A stretch of 64,000 nucleotides of DNA from Candidatus Enterousia sp. (lineage in GTDB: Bacteria > Pseudomonadota > Alphaproteobacteria > Rs-D84): contig JAZRLA010000004.1 of NCBI GenBank assembly GCA_045646605.1, positions 14,251 through 78,250 of the forward strand, written 5' to 3'. This document shows, piece by piece, positions 1-9,365 of the stretch. Position 1 is the first letter of the stretch, and each line of letters opens with the position of its first letter. The notes beneath the pieces are model-generated. The model was not told the DNA's origin, searched no databases, and saw nothing but the letters and a program-made list of their open reading frames with translations. The position numbers and the translations under genes were made by a program.

Positions 1-99
1 TGGCGTGAAAAGGAACCGGTGGCGGACAGGGAAACGCGTTACGTTATGGCGGTCGACGAATTTGGCCAAGCCGCGTGGTTCCGTGTTGCAACAGAATAG
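1..99 (+). CDS. 3' end of an upstream gene (partial), ...WREKEPVADRETRYVMAVDEFGQAAWFRVATE*
   Basis: Frame open from base 1 to TAG at 97-99, followed by a hairpin at ~124-151; the ending loosely resembles that of the two neighbouring surface proteins. Confidence 0.55.
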   Translation, partial: WREKEPVADRETRYVMAVDEFGQAAWFRVATE

Positions 100-225
100 A
101 AAGTTTCGAACAACAACGAACAAATCCCACTTCGCCAGGGCTTTGTGGGATAAACAAAAAGGATGAAAAAAGTAAGAAAATAGAGGGGAAATCAAAAAAT
201 TTAAACTTGTCGGATGGGGCGACGG

Positions 226-348
226 AATCCCGCGTCAAGCGCTGGGTGGTGGGGTCGTCATACCGCGGAAGCGCGGTATCCCCGCGGGGTTGCAGAGAAC
301 CGGTTCATGACAAGACTGACAAGGTCCTGTGTCAAGCGCGGGATAACG
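226..348. repeat. CGTCA-tagged REP-like palindromes
   Basis: cgtcataccgcggaagcgcggtatc at 256 plus degenerate inverted partner hairpins. Confidence 0.7.
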
Positions 349-472
349 GGAGCTTTGGTAGTAAAAGGGGACACAATAACCTTTGAATACCACGGAAAGC
401 GCACTGGCCAGAGTGTTTTAGTTAACACCCGGGGTGGTGCAAAACAACAACAAACGAAAAAAAGGGAAAAAA

Positions 473-1591
473 ATGAAAATGAAAATAAGAGGATTAGTAT
501 TTACAGGCTTTGCCGCGGCGGTGTTCGCGTCGAGTGCCCAGGCAGTTACGCCACCATCGGTTACATACACTGTACCGTATGATTCAGAAGAAGAAGCGGC
601 GGTAGATGCCCTTAAATCTACGGTTACATCGAAATACTATACCAACGAAACATTCCAAACAAGAACTAGCGTTGGTGCCGGTGAAACGGCAAATACCCCA
701 AAGGTTGGTGTTGGTGAAGGTCAGTGGGCGCCATTTGAAGCCGCTCCTGATCCAACTGATACCAATCGTAATGGGTATCTTTATATAAACCCACAAAGAA
801 CAGCTAATGGCACTATTCAGATTGATATCTCCAACGGTAAAGTTGCGACTGCTGCCACAGAAATCATTGGAAGAAATGATAACGGTTCCGGGCTTGGGCC
901 AGACACAACACACGCGAACGATTTGACCACTGCTCAGGCTGTGTATGGTTTGTTAGATCGTGAAGGTACAGGTGCCGCAACAGATACAACAACGATTGGT
1001 AGTTCTTCTAGTGATGATGTGGTTCCGTCATCCAAGAATGTGTATGATTTTGTTACACAACAGATGTCTGACGGCAATTTCCAACGTAAGTTGAATGACG
1101 AAGATCCGAAAGCACATGCATATGTTGGTGTGTATATCAATCAGGGTACAACGAACGATCCGGATTGGCAATCAGAATGGTATCAATATATGGGTGGGGT
1201 AACAACTGATCCTAATAATGTCAACGATACAATTAATGATATTTATCTTGGTGTTACTCAGATTTCTGATTATAACGATAGCGGAGAAGGCGCGGTTGTA
1301 GTTAGTTTGGCAAGAGATAAACTTACCACGACCGCTGCGCAGGTTGCGGCTGCAACTGCGCTAAACGGCGATTTGACCGACTTGGTTACGGTTAGCGCTT
1401 TGAAGGAATTCGTGGAAGAGCAACCGGGTAATGCAGAGATTCCGAATGAGTGTAAGGCGCCTGGGGTTCATTGTGCTTTGGTTTCGACCTATTATCCGAA
1501 TGCGGTTGGAACAGAAGGTCAAGCTGGTTATCATGCGGCAGGGTCGGTTAGTACCGAATGGACCGTCATGGCGCCGGACGATGGGAACTAA
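473..1591 (+). CDS. Secreted Thr/Asp-rich fibre/adhesin-like surface protein (paralog of 2583-3953)
   Basis: ATG at 473 after a purine-rich RBS; signal peptide MKMKIRGLVFTGFAAAVFASSAQA; TVTSKYY..TFQT motif; repeated L(T/V)TxxA(V/L) motifs; C-terminal EC..HCALV..EWTVMAP. Confidence 0.8.
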   Translation: MKMKIRGLVFTGFAAAVFASSAQAVTPPSVTYTVPYDSEEEAAVDALKSTVTSKYYTNETFQTRTSVGAGETANTPKVGVGEGQWAPFEAAPDPTDTNRNGYLYINPQRTANGTIQIDISNGKVATAATEIIGRNDNGSGLGPDTTHANDLTTAQAVYGLLDREGTGAATDTTTIGSSSSDDVVPSSKNVYDFVTQQMSDGNFQRKLNDEDPKAHAYVGVYINQGTTNDPDWQSEWYQYMGGVTTDPNNVNDTINDIYLGVTQISDYNDSGEGAVVVSLARDKLTTTAAQVAAATALNGDLTDLVTVSALKEFVEEQPGNAEIPNECKAPGVHCALVSTYYPNAVGTEGQAGYHAAGSVSTEWTVMAPDDGN

Positions 1592-1679
1592 AGATAGTAT
1601 AGCAGTTTGAGTGGTATTGAATAAACCATAGGAGTGTGAATAAAGAAAAAAATGTTGTTTTAAATTGTGTCCTTAAATA

Positions 1680-1715
1680 GTGATGGTGGGTTTCCTCTCC
1701 CACCATCATTTTTTT
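1680..1715 (+). terminator. Intrinsic terminator
   Basis: gtgatggtggg-tttcctct-cccaccatcat followed by a T run. Confidence 0.75.
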
Positions 1716-1721
1716 GTTCGC

Positions 1722-1965
1722 CGTCATACCGCGGAAACGCGGTATCTTGTCGTTACTTGTTCGCCGTCATACCGCCGAAAGGCGGTACCTTGTCGTTACT
1801 TGTTCCCGTCATACCGCGGAAACGCGGTATCTTGTCGTCACAGCTGAAACCACGAGATCCCGCATCAAGTGCGGGATGACAAAAACAAGTGCGGGATGAC
1901 AATTCTCTACAACCCCGGGGAGATACCGCTTTTCAGCGGTATGACGGGAACAAGTGCGGGATGAC
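1722..1965. repeat. REP/REPIN array downstream of the GIY-YIG gene
   Basis: Three 42-43 bp tandem units starting 1722, 1765, 1807 (CGTCATACCGC[GGAAAC/CGAAAG]GCGGTA.CTTGTCGT...), then inverted REPs ending GATGAC. Confidence 0.85.
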
Positions 1966-1966
1966 A

Positions 1967-2296
1967 TTAATAATCGTCAAGTGGTGCAAAACCGTTACCG
2001 TGTAATACCATGTTATACAGGTCGTCCCAATTCGGGTTCATCTTTTCAATCAATTCAATTTTCCAATCGCGGTTCCATTCTTTTAATTGTCGTTCACGCG
2101 CAACCATGTTTTCAAGTTTCGGCCACCATTCAAAATACACCAGTTTATCCAGGTTGTATTGTGCAGTAAAACTTTTGGGAATCATTTTCTTTTTGTGTTC
2201 GTATATGCGACCGACCAAATCAGATGTTGAACCAATATATAAAACGCCGTTCTTGCGATTGGTCATAATGTAAACAAAGCCGCCGTTCTTTTCCAT
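1967..2296 (-). CDS. Small stand-alone GIY-YIG nuclease
   Basis: FVYIM..LYIGSTSDL..RIYEH..LVYFE..RERQLKEWNRDWKIELIEKMNPNWDDL matches the small GIY-YIG family pattern. Confidence 0.9.
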   Translation of the reverse strand: MEKNGGFVYIMTNRKNGVLYIGSTSDLVGRIYEHKKKMIPKSFTAQYNLDKLVYFEWWPKLENMVARERQLKEWNRDWKIELIEKMNPNWDDLYNMVLHGNGFAPLDDY

Positions 2297-2362
2297 GCCG
2301 GGAATGGTAAAATCAATTCGCGGATTTGCAAGTTTTTTCTTTCGTCATGTCGCTTTTTCCTT

Positions 2363-2523
2363 CGTCATACCGCCGAAAGGCGGTATCTTGTCGTTTACTT
2401 GTTCCTGTCATACCGCGGAAACGCGGTGTCTTGTCGTTACTTGTTCCCGTCATACCGCCGCAGGGCGGTATCTAGTGGTTTCAACCGTAACGACAAGACC
2501 CCGCGTCGGGGCGCGGGGTGACG
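2363..2523. repeat. REP/REPIN array upstream of the GIY-YIG gene
   Basis: Units at 2363, 2406 and 2448 nearly identical to those at 1722-1830, then an inverted REP ending GTGACG. Confidence 0.85.
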
Positions 2524-2525
2524 GC

Positions 2526-2557
2526 AAAAAAACAACGGCGGGGAAACGCCGTTGTTC
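2526..2557 (-). terminator. Intrinsic terminator for 2583-3953
   Basis: A run followed by the caacggcg-gggaaa-cgccgttg hairpin (U tail on the minus strand). Confidence 0.65.
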
Positions 2558-2582
2558 GTCACAATAAACACCTGATTTAGTT

Positions 2583-3953
2583 TTAGTTACCCGTTGGTGC
2601 CATGACTGTCCATTCATATTTAACCGCACTGGTGGTCGTATCATAATATGCAACCAATGCGCAGACATGGTCGCTGTTAGCCGTGCGGCATTCTGATGGC
2701 AGAGTGCTACTCAAACCAAAGCTGGCAACATAATCCACGACAGCCCTGGATGTCGGCACAGTATTATTAGTTTCAACATCATTACCTGTCGTTGCATTAC
2801 TCAAACTTGTATCAAGCAACTTTCTAACCGAACCAGCCGTTGCCAACTTCGTGTCATTGGATGTGCTTGTCCCATAAACATCAGCGTCAGCCCCAATGTT
2901 TGTCAAACTGACCTCCGCATTACCAGTGGTCCCATTATAGGCAACATTAACATAGCTGCCATCACCGGTCAATGTCTTCCACCCTGAATCTCCACCAGTC
3001 GCCTGATATCCAATCACAACGGTATCCGCAGAACTCACAACTGGCTGATAACCCTCACCAGCCGTTGAAATTGCATCAGTCACAAATTCATACACCGCCT
3101 TACCGGTTGCCAATTTATCCGAAGAAGACGTTATATCACTATCGTGCGCATTTGGGCCCGTAGTGGTGGTACCATTATAACCAATCACACTATCAAGGAG
3201 ATTGATTTGATAAACACCGCCGGTCCCCGTTGCGATAGTGACATATTCTTTGGTCGCCTGCGGATGCGCATCGTCTACTGCCTCTAATGCTTTCCATGTT
3301 GAATCGTTACTATCATATTTACCAACATACAGCGCGGTTTCATTTGAATCCAGTTTCCGTTGATAATCCGCACCCGCCGTGCTGATTGCACCGGTCACAA
3401 ATTTGTAAACATTTTGTGATGTCGGATATGTATCATTTGCCGAACTTGCCGTAATCGTTGTGGCATAAGGTGTCGTTGAACCATCACCGGTCGCGGCATC
3501 TATCTTTCGCTTATCTTGCGCAAACGCCTTCACAGCCCCCGCGGTCACCAAATTGCCATCATTAGTCGTGGTCGACGCCTGAATATCGGTTCCAGTAGTA
3601 TCAATCTTATTACCGTCAAGCGCCACTGTAAATGTACCTACACTGTTACCGGTCCCCTCTGTAACACTAACATAATTATTATCGTCAGTGACATCAATTG
3701 CATTCAAAGTATCCCTAACATCTTTCAACACCGCCATAGATGGATAAGTAGTTTCGCTGGTCCAATTGGCCGCTGTTGCAGCTTCTTCGACAGTTACGAT
3801 ATTATCCTTTGTCTGGAATGTTTGGTCAACATAGTATTTAGATGTAACGGTCTTTTTATCGGCAGTATCAGACGCAGCATCAGCCATGGCACTTGTTGCG
3901 AAAACGGCCGCGGCGAATCCTACAAAGACCAGGCCTCTTACTTTTACTTTCAT
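2583..3953 (-). CDS. Secreted Thr/Ser-rich fibre/adhesin-like surface protein (paralog of 473-1591)
   Basis: ATG at 3953; signal peptide MKVKVRGLVFVGFAAAVFATSAMA; TVTSKYYVDQTFQT; LVTAGAV/LATGKAV/LATAGSV repeats; C-terminal EC..HVCALV..EWTVMAP. Confidence 0.8.
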   Translation of the reverse strand: MKVKVRGLVFVGFAAAVFATSAMADAASDTADKKTVTSKYYVDQTFQTKDNIVTVEEAATAANWTSETTYPSMAVLKDVRDTLNAIDVTDDNNYVSVTEGTGNSVGTFTVALDGNKIDTTGTDIQASTTTNDGNLVTAGAVKAFAQDKRKIDAATGDGSTTPYATTITASSANDTYPTSQNVYKFVTGAISTAGADYQRKLDSNETALYVGKYDSNDSTWKALEAVDDAHPQATKEYVTIATGTGGVYQINLLDSVIGYNGTTTTGPNAHDSDITSSSDKLATGKAVYEFVTDAISTAGEGYQPVVSSADTVVIGYQATGGDSGWKTLTGDGSYVNVAYNGTTGNAEVSLTNIGADADVYGTSTSNDTKLATAGSVRKLLDTSLSNATTGNDVETNNTVPTSRAVVDYVASFGLSSTLPSECRTANSDHVCALVAYYDTTTSAVKYEWTVMAPTGN

Positions 3954-4157
3954 TTTTTTTCCTCTTTGTTTGTTGTTGTTTTTGCGCACGAACTTTTTCC
4001 AATTGGGTAAAAATTCATATCGCTGTGTCCCAGGGTTTTCGCCGGTTGTACCGATTTTGCCATGGGTGTTTATGTGTCCTGTACGATTGTATTATATCAT
4101 AAATACCGAATCGGCCACAAGACCTTTTTTAAAAAAATGAAATTTTTTTGGGGGGAT

Positions 4158-4396
4158 CGTCATACCGCCGAAAGGCGGTATCTAGTGGTTTCAACTGTAA
4201 CGACGAGACCCCGCTTTTCAGCGGGGTGACGAAAACGACAAGATCCCGGCCTTCGCCGGGATGACGAAAGAAAGTGCGGGATGACGGATGATTGTCTGCG
4301 ACGCAGGTGCTCACATCCGTTCGCACTGGGTCCCGGCCTGAAATCACCCACAAAAATGTTGCACATTTTTGCGGGGCCCGATACGCCGGGATGACG
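4158..4396. repeat. REP/REPIN cluster upstream of clpB
   Basis: cgtcataccgccgaaaggcggtatc plus several inverted REPs ending GATGACG; nested 35-nt hairpin at 4345-4379. Confidence 0.85.
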
Positions 4397-4432
4397 GAAA
4401 ATAGGGGCGGAAAGGGGAAATATTCCCACGTG

Positions 4433-4461
4433 CTTGAAATTGCGTTTGGGGTAATTATATA
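4433..4461 (+). promoter_or_regulatory. Possible RpoH-type heat-shock promoter
   Basis: CTTGAA followed ~15 nt later by ATTATAT upstream of clpB; imperfect match to the alphaproteobacterial consensus. Confidence 0.35.
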
Positions 4462-4495
4462 TGTGGCAACGATATATATATAAAAGGAGTCATAA

Positions 4496-6553
4496 ATGAA
4501 TCCAGACGAAATGCAAGAAACCCCAGAACAGGCGATTGCAAAATATACGACGGACTTTACAAAACTGGCCGCCGATGGGAAGTTGGACCCGGTAATCGGG
4601 CGTGACGAGGAAATTCGCCGCACTATCCAGGTTCTGTCGCGGCGCACGAAAAATAATCCGGTTTTGATTGGAAACCCTGGTGTTGGAAAGACCGCGATTG
4701 TTGAAGGCCTGGCGGAGCGCATCATTTCCCGCGATATTCCGGAAAATTTGCAGAATAAAAAATTGCTATCCCTTGATATGGGTGCGCTTATGGCGGGCGC
4801 CATGTTCCGCGGTCAATTCGAAGCGCGATTCAAAGCGATTCTGAAAGCCGTAAAGGATGCGGACGGCGGAATCATTTTGTTTATCGATGAACTGCACACG
4901 TTGGTCGGCGCCGGCAAGGGCGAAGGCAGCATGGATGCAGGAAACCTGATTAAGCCGATGCTGGCGCGTGGGGAATTGCACTGTTTGGGGGCGACGACGT
5001 TGGACGAATATCGGCAATATATTGAAAAGGATCCGGCACTGGCGCGGCGGTTTCAGCCCGTCTATATCGACGAACCGACCGTTGACGATACGATTTCGAT
5101 TCTGCGCGGACTCAAAGAAAAATACGAAGGCCACCATGGTGTGCGTATCGCCGACAGTGCTTTGGTTGCGGCGGTGCGGTTGTCGAATCGGTATATTACC
5201 GACCGGTTCTTGCCGGACAAGGCAATTGACTTGATTGACGAAGCGGCCGCGCGCGTGCGCATAGAGGTTGCGTCAAAACCCGAAGAATTGGACGAAGTTG
5301 ATCGGCACCTGATGCAACTTAAAATCGAACAACAGGCGTTGAAAAAAGAAAAAGACGAGGAATCAAAAAAACGTCTTGCCGATTTGGAAAAAATAATTGC
5401 GGAAACGGAAAAAAAGTCCGCGGATATGACCGCAAAGTGGCGCGCAGAACAGGAAAAAATGCGCGGGCTTTCGGATGCGATGGCGGCGTTGGATGCGGCC
5501 AAGGCAGAGGTTGCGTCCGCAATGCGTAATGGCGACTATGAAAAGGCGTCCGCGCTGCAATACGGGAAAATTCCGGAATTAGAAGAAAAAATCAAAAAGA
5601 TGAATGCCGAATCGCGCGAATATAAAACGGTCTTGCCGGAACATATCGCCGCGGTGGTCAGCAAGTGGACCGGCGTGCCGGCGGAACGGCTTTCGGTTGC
5701 GGAACAATCAAAATTGCTGAATATCGAAGATGAACTGCGCAAACGTGTGGTCGGCCAGGATGAAGCGTTATCCGTTGTGTCGCGTGCGATTCGTCGGTCG
5801 CGTGCGGGGTTATCTGACCCGCGCCGGCCGTCGGGCAGTTTTATGTTCCTGGGGCCCACCGGCGTTGGCAAGACCGAGGTTGCCAAGGCATTGGCGGAAT
5901 ACCTGTTTAACGACGATACGGCGATGACACGAATCGATATGAGTGAGTATATGGAACCGCATTCGGTCGCACGCCTTATTGGGGCGCCCCCGGGGTATGT
6001 CGGATATGACCAAGGTGGGGTTTTGACGGAATCTGTGCGCCGGCGGCCGTATCAGGTTTTGCTGTTCGATGAAATTGAAAAGGCGAATCCGGATGTGTTT
6101 AATGTGTTCTTGCAAATACTGGACGATGGACGGTTGACGGACGGCCAGGGGCATGTTGTGAACTTTACGAACACCATTATTATTATGACCAGTAATTTGC
6201 CTGATATGAACGCGGTGCGCAAACAATTTCGGCCGGAATTTATTAATCGTATCGATGAAATCATATTCTTTAACCAACTGGGCAAAGATGTGATGGCGGA
6301 CATTGTAAAGATTCAATTGCGGGGCCTGCGGTCGCGGTTGGCGGCACGGCGCATTGAATTGGATGTGTCCGATACGGCGATAAAGTGGCTTGGTGAACAT
6401 GGATATGACCCGGTGTTCGGGGCGCGGCCGCTGAAGCGATTGATAACGTCGATGGTCGAAGATAAAATCGCGGACCTGATTTTGTCTGACGCAATCACCG
6501 AAGGCAATACTGTGCATATCACAACGCATGGGAAAGATTTGGTCGTGAAATAG
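4496..6553 (+). CDS. clpB: ClpB disaggregase lacking the N-terminal domain
   Basis: [15 protein letters not shown]; Walker A motifs GNPGVGKT and GPTGVGKT; middle coiled-coil domain; [12 protein letters not shown]. Confidence 0.95.
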   Translation: MNPDEMQETPEQAIAKYTTDFTKLAADGKLDPVIGRDEEIRRTIQVLSRRTKNNPVLIGNPGVGKTAIVEGLAERIISRDIPENLQNKKLLSLDMGALMAGAMFRGQFEARFKAILKAVKDADGGIILFIDELHTLVGAGKGEGSMDAGNLIKPMLARGELHCLGATTLDEYRQYIEKDPALARRFQPVYIDEPTVDDTISILRGLKEKYEGHHGVRIADSALVAAVRLSNRYITDRFLPDKAIDLIDEAAARVRIEVASKPEELDEVDRHLMQLKIEQQALKKEKDEESKKRLADLEKIIAETEKKSADMTAKWRAEQEKMRGLSDAMAALDAAKAEVASAMRNGDYEKASALQYGKIPELEEKIKKMNAESREYKTVLPEHIAAVVSKWTGVPAERLSVAEQSKLLNIEDELRKRVVGQDEALSVVSRAIRRSRAGLSDPRRPSGSFMFLGPTGVGKTEVAKALAEYLFNDDTAMTRIDMSEYMEPHSVARLIGAPPGYVGYDQGGVLTESVRRRPYQVLLFDEIEKANPDVFNVFLQILDDGRLTDGQGHVVNFTNTIIIMTSNLPDMNAVRKQFRPEFINRIDEIIFFNQLGKDVMADIVKIQLRGLRSRLAARRIELDVSDTAIKWLGEHGYDPVFGARPLKRLITSMVEDKIADLILSDAITEGNTVHITTHGKDLVVK

Positions 6554-6573
6554 TCCCCTTCGCCGGGTTGATT

Positions 6574-6752
6574 ATTCCAGAACGGCGTCATACCGCCGAA
6601 GGGCGGTATCCAGTTTTTGCGAAAGCAAAAATCTGCGTCGCAGACATTTATATTTTTCATGGCTTCGCAATGAAAAATTCCCTGCGGGGCAAGTTTACGG
6701 CGTTGCCGTAAACTGGGTCCCGCGCTTCCGCGGGATGACGATTCTCTGGAAT
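6574..6752. repeat. Multi-hairpin REPIN/MITE-like element, copy 1
   Basis: Inverted REP ends with internal tgcgtcgcagaca and ccctgcggggcaag, shared with the copies at 15322 and 56340. Confidence 0.8.
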
Positions 6753-6852
6753 TTTTTGTGCCATTGGTGAAAAGATTGGGTTGACCCAAAAGATTACTTG
6801 ACTTTGCGGGTTTTTTGTTATAAATTATCCCGGCAATTATAAAGGATTTGAT

Positions 6853-7227
6853 ATGCCACGTGTATGTAAAGTTACAGGTAAAAAAACAGAAGTCGGTATG
6901 AATGTTTCGCATTCTGAACGTCATACAAAGCGCACTTTCTTGCCGAATCTGCATGTGTTAAAGTTCCATAGTGATATTTTGGGACGGGATTTTTCGTTGC
7001 GTTTGTCGGCCGCTGGGTTGCGCACGCTGACCAAGCACGGCGGATTGGATGCCTATGTCATGGCAAAGCCGATTTCGCGCCTGACGCCGGAAATGGCGGA
7101 AATTAAACGCGCGATTATCAAGAAAAATGGCGCACTGGTGAAACCCGCCAAAAAACCAACGCACAAGGCGAATCGCAGTGCGCGTTTGGTGAAAAAGGTC
7201 GAATCGAAAAAAGCGACCGCAAAATAA
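6853..7227 (+). CDS. rpmB: 50S ribosomal protein L28 with basic C-terminal extension
   Basis: MPRVCKVTGKK..GMNVSHS..TKRTFLPNL. Confidence 0.95.
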   Translation: MPRVCKVTGKKTEVGMNVSHSERHTKRTFLPNLHVLKFHSDILGRDFSLRLSAAGLRTLTKHGGLDAYVMAKPISRLTPEMAEIKRAIIKKNGALVKPAKKPTHKANRSARLVKKVESKKATAK

Positions 7228-7239
7228 AAAAAGTCGTCT

Positions 7240-7324
7240 GGCCCTGTGGTGGAATTGGTAGACGCGCTTGACTCAAAATCAAGTTCCGCAAGGAGTGTCG
7301 GTTCAAGTCCGACCAGGGCCACCA
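7240..7324 (+). tRNA. tRNA-Leu(CAA)
   Basis: Acceptor stem GGCCCTG/CAGGGCC+ACCA; anticodon arm cttga-ctCAAaa-tcaag; long variable arm; GGTTCAAGTCC. Confidence 0.95.
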
Positions 7325-7450
7325 AATATAAAAAACGCACCCGAAAGGGTGTGTTTTTTATATTTGCCGGTCGGACGGATTTTTACAAACGAAGTGCAGT
7401 AAAAATAAATTGCGTCCGCAATTTGTCGTCACCCCGGACCTGATCCGGGG

Positions 7451-7466
7451 CCGACCAGGGCCACCA
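7451..7466 (+). repeat. 16-bp duplicate of the tRNA-Leu 3' end
   Basis: ccgaccagggccacca identical to 7309-7324. Confidence 0.85.
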
Positions 7467-7523
7467 CCAATTTTCGTTAATAAAAATCCGCCGTTTGGCG
7501 GATTTTTGTTTAAGAAAATTGAG

Positions 7524-7562
7524 TGCCGCGGCGGAGTGTGCAAAGCGCACGAAGACGGGCAA
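7524..7562 (+). repeat. 39-bp direct repeat, copy 1
   Basis: tgccgcggcggagtgtgcaaagcgcacgaagacgggcaa identical to 9314-9352. Confidence 0.9.
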
Positions 7563-7630
7563 AATTTGTACATTTTTTGGTCTTTTTATGATACAATTGT
7601 AAATATGTTTACATCTAAGGAACTATAACA

Positions 7631-8404
7631 ATGCACTTAAAATGGAAACTCAAAAATATCAAAGATGATTTAGAATTTATCTTGTTTATGCAACAAGATA
7701 ACAAGCCCGATTGGTGGTCAAAACGTCTTTTTGAAGCGTATCCGTCGTTGGATTATGAATACGCAAGGAAATTACCAGAATCAGACCGATTGGATTATAT
7801 ACAAAAAGAAATGGAGAAATTGTCGATTACATATTCCGATGATATAAAAAAATCTGTTAAAATGTTTCGGGAAGCCTGGGAACCAGTGGGTACGCAATTA
7901 AATCGGGTGTATTCGTCGGTCTTTGGGTTTGATTGTTCGGAAATTTTGAATGATATGATTGGTTTTGTTGGGTTGGATCCCGTTTGTCCACGCGACATAC
8001 AACAACATACTTTTGATGTTTTTTATAGGTTTTCACCGGAATATGTAGTATCAACCGCCTTGCACGAAATAACACACTTTGTTTGGTTTTATTTTTGGCA
8101 AAAACACTTTAACGATGATCCGACCGAATATGATTCACCAAAATTGAAATGGATTTTATCAGAAATAGTTGTTGAAACAATAATTCGGAATTCTGAAATA
8201 AATGATTTAATTGAACAACCCAAATATATTGCTTATTCTTATTTTTACGATATGACAATAGATGGTGAATTGATATTTGATGCGATGAAAAAATTATACC
8301 TTGGGCGCAAAGATATTTATGATTTTATGGAAAACTCATACGATTGGATTAAAAATAACGAACCGGAACTGCGCACAAAGATAGCAAAAGCAGAATCAAA
8401 ATAA
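7631..8404 (+). CDS. Hypothetical protein with HExxH zincin-like motif
   Basis: 257-aa ORF with RBS aagga; ALHEITH plus downstream LSE; AT-rich. Confidence 0.7.
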   Translation: MHLKWKLKNIKDDLEFILFMQQDNKPDWWSKRLFEAYPSLDYEYARKLPESDRLDYIQKEMEKLSITYSDDIKKSVKMFREAWEPVGTQLNRVYSSVFGFDCSEILNDMIGFVGLDPVCPRDIQQHTFDVFYRFSPEYVVSTALHEITHFVWFYFWQKHFNDDPTEYDSPKLKWILSEIVVETIIRNSEINDLIEQPKYIAYSYFYDMTIDGELIFDAMKKLYLGRKDIYDFMENSYDWIKNNEPELRTKIAKAESK

Positions 8405-8445
8405 GATGTATAAAAAAGCCACCCAGGGAAATGTGGCTTTGGTTT

Positions 8446-8979
8446 TTACCGTAATTTTAAACTACCATTTATTGTGACAGGACCAAAAAAGCTGCGTAAT
8501 GCTCGTGGTTCTGTTGATGTGTTGTATGGTCGTATTTGTTTCAAATCCATATCTGTAACGATATTATTACCCAGCAAATATAAATTGGGGTCAAAACCAA
8601 TTTCGTGATATGCCAAAGCATTTAAACGCATACTGTCTTTTGCAGGATATACATTACATTTTTGAGATTTAATATATTCCATTACGTCTGATACGGTTGG
8701 AATTTTACCATTTACAACAAAGAAACGAAAATCTCTAAACTCGTTCCACGGACTAAGTATTTTCACAGTTTGCATAGGTAGTTTATTTTGGTTTGATGTG
8801 ATATGCCAATGTCTAGTAATGGATACCTTATGTGTCATATCCGGATCCAATTGAGATGATATAGATTTAATATATTCTCGTAATCCTGTAATAGATTCAA
8901 CTTCTTGTTGGCAATATTTATCTCCGGCATCTGGGATAAAGATTTCGTAACTTTGGGTTAGGGTTATATCTTGTTTCAT
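8446..8979 (-). CDS. Hypothetical protein
   Basis: 177-aa ORF, RBS ggag, upstream TTGACA promoter element; AT-rich. Confidence 0.7.
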   Translation of the reverse strand: MKQDITLTQSYEIFIPDAGDKYCQQEVESITGLREYIKSISSQLDPDMTHKVSITRHWHITSNQNKLPMQTVKILSPWNEFRDFRFFVVNGKIPTVSDVMEYIKSQKCNVYPAKDSMRLNALAYHEIGFDPNLYLLGNNIVTDMDLKQIRPYNTSTEPRALRSFFGPVTINGSLKLR

Positions 8980-9313
8980 TGTGTAACTCCATTAGTTGTG
9001 AATTCTTGGGTATAATATTATACTAAAAAAAGTAGTTGTCAATAATTTTTAATATTACTAATTTCGATGACAAGATCGGTTTTGTCTGATAGGTCTGTGT
9101 AGCACCTTTGTCATGGCGGGCTTGGTCCGCCATAGGGTCTATAAACCTGTGACGAATAATGCGAATTTTTTACGAAATATTCGTCGCAACTGCCTAGCCC
9201 TATTGCGGCCTGCGCCGCAATGACAATTCTTTCTTTTAAAGCGTTTTACCCAAAACAAGAACAGTTTTTGCCATCGAATTAGTAACTTATGCAACCCCGC
9301 GGGGATACCGCGT

Positions 9314-9352
9314 TGCCGCGGCGGAGTGTGCAAAGCGCACGAAGACGGGCAA
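9314..9352 (+). repeat. 39-bp direct repeat, copy 2
   Basis: Identical to 7524-7562. Confidence 0.9.
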
Positions 9353-9365
9353 GTGCAAATAAAAA

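Noticed and set aside
1722..1830. 42-43 bp periodic palindromic repeats resembling a CRISPR array
   Set aside because: No unique spacers, units are REP hairpins found across the window, and there are no cas genes.
3990..4075. GGCAAA-hairpin leader on the minus strand resembling a c-di-GMP-I riboswitch
   Set aside because: Lacks the GNRA-capped stem, the GACGCAAA junction and the tetraloop receptor.
4129..6954. Long antisense ORFs over clpB (and similar ones over lepA, fusA, tuf and OMP2)
   Set aside because: Shadow frames of conserved genes with no RBS or recognisable motifs.
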